From Firmicutes bacterium UBA3914 (GTDB lineage Bacteria; Bacillota; Limnochordia; Darwinibacteriales; Darwinibacteriaceae), in the NCBI GenBank assembly GCA_002391385.1, contig DGEY01000059.1:1-53262 (forward strand): a stretch of DNA of 53,262 nt. The letters are read 5' to 3'. Below the pieces are notes generated by a model. It did not search any database. It was not told the DNA's origin and worked only from the letters and a program-made list of their open reading frames with translations. Position numbers and translations under genes: made by a program. This document shows, piece by piece, positions 52,746 through 53,262 of this stretch (positions within the stretch are counted from its first letter, which is position 1; each line of letters opens with the position of its first letter).

Positions 52746-53262
52746 CCTCCGTGGGCAGCTTGCTTGGGTCCGCGGCGCAGTCCCGGCAGTGTGGGCAGCC
52801 CCGGCAGTCCCGGGCCACCCGCACTAAGCCGTCTTCATCGATGATCAAGCCGTAAGGGCAGGTATCGCCGGGATCTGGGCTGAACAGGCTGGTGATCAGA
52901 TCCTTCAGCTGTTCGGCAAAGGATTTGTCCGGCCTGGGCACCTTGAAATCGGCCAGGGCTTCTTTGTAGCTGACGTTCTGCTTGGTTAGGCGGCTCTTGG
53001 CTACTTTATGGTAGGAGGCGTAGAGGAAGAGATCCCCTTCGGTGCGGCCGGGGAACTCGTCCAACAGCCGCTGCTCCCGGATCAGGGCCACCACGGGTTT
53101 GTAGATCTCCTGCTCCCAGCTGGCCGCGGCGTTCTGCAGGGAAAGATCCACCCCCAAAGCCTCCGATTCTTCTTGGCGGTACTGTTCGATCTGCATGAGC
53201 AGTTTGTCGTAGGCACCCAGTTCCGTGAGCTCGATGCCGCTTAGGCCAGTTTTGTGCTCGAA
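52726..53262 (-). CDS. hypothetical protein, 5'-partial (frame open to the window edge), Cys-rich C-terminus
   Basis: The reading frame stays open from the internal ATG at 53196 to position 53262. The C-terminus is CPYGLIIDEDGLVRVARDCRGCPHCRDC. It overlaps the nth start by 20 nt. Confidence 0.55.
   Translation of the reverse strand, partial: FEHKTGLSGIELTELGAYDKLLMQIEQYRQEESEALGVDLSLQNAAASWEQEIYKPVVALIREQRLLDEFPGRTEGDLFLYASYHKVAKSRLTKQNVSYKEALADFKVPRPDKSFAEQLKDLITSLFSPDPGDTCPYGLIIDEDGLVRVARDCRGCPHCRDCAADPSKLPTEDELFDY

Noticed and set aside
1-53262. A search by eye for CRISPR arrays, tRNA/rRNA genes, transposases, integrases, prophage genes, toxin-antitoxin pairs and known defence-system genes.
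   Set aside because: I saw none. Intergenic spaces are short (mostly under 120 nt), there are no arrays of spaced repeats, and no ORF carries DDE, tyrosine-recombinase or serine-recombinase signatures. The absence is by inspection only and should be confirmed with tRNAscan, Infernal and defence-system finders.

Overview
This is a GC-rich, densely coding 53.3-kb chromosomal window with about 58 CDS. I found no rRNA, tRNA, CRISPR array or mobile element by eye. All calls come from reading the supplied translations and the DNA directly, with no database search, so family names are motif-level recognitions.

The gene content points to a flagellated, endospore-forming, anaerobic member of the Bacillota (Clostridia-like, Limnochordia-like or Symbiobacteriia-like).

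Genes from left to right:
- A cold-shock protein gene with a long leader.
- A sigma-D-type promoter driving fliD, an FlgN/FliT-like gene, a SAM methyltransferase and a ComFB-family protein.
- A GerA-family germinant receptor operon in A-C-small membrane ORF-B order.
- A PgcA-like phosphohexomutase, a tandem HD/HD-GYP protein and a split ChrA pair.
- A TetR regulator, an Opp/Dpp-type importer without ATPases, and an ABC-2-type ATPase with a large permease.
- An MscS-family channel overlapping a Cas4-like PD-(D/E)XK nuclease.
- HAD nucleotidase and Ogt, a MATE transporter, an Fe-ADH, an M20 peptidase and a ThrE-like pair.
- A ThrRS-N/uridine-kinase-like fusion, a B12-binding radical SAM protein, and a convergent FMN glutamate-synthase-like protein.
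- A LacI regulator and an envelope cluster: secreted protein, M48 protease with beta-propeller, FmdB zinc ribbon, LolA-like lipoprotein, and a putative beta-barrel ending in aromatic-X-F.
- trmL, rnfCDGEAB, apbE and trxB.
- An M23/LysM peptidase, a CsoR-family repressor variant and a C-N hydrolase.
- A cell-wall block of femAB-like, alr, dacB-like and spoVD-like genes, then nth and a 5'-partial Cys-rich ORF.

No single obvious novel system stands out. The points most worth following up are:
- The envelope cluster, which suggests an outer membrane.
- The kinase / radical SAM / FMN-enzyme trio.
- The MscS-nuclease overlap.
- The double-repeat ComFB protein in a flagellar operon.
- The non-His CsoR variant.
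- A promoter/terminator island at the left edge that could encode a small RNA.
- A terminator whose 3' arm is the next gene's Shine-Dalgarno (SD) sequence.
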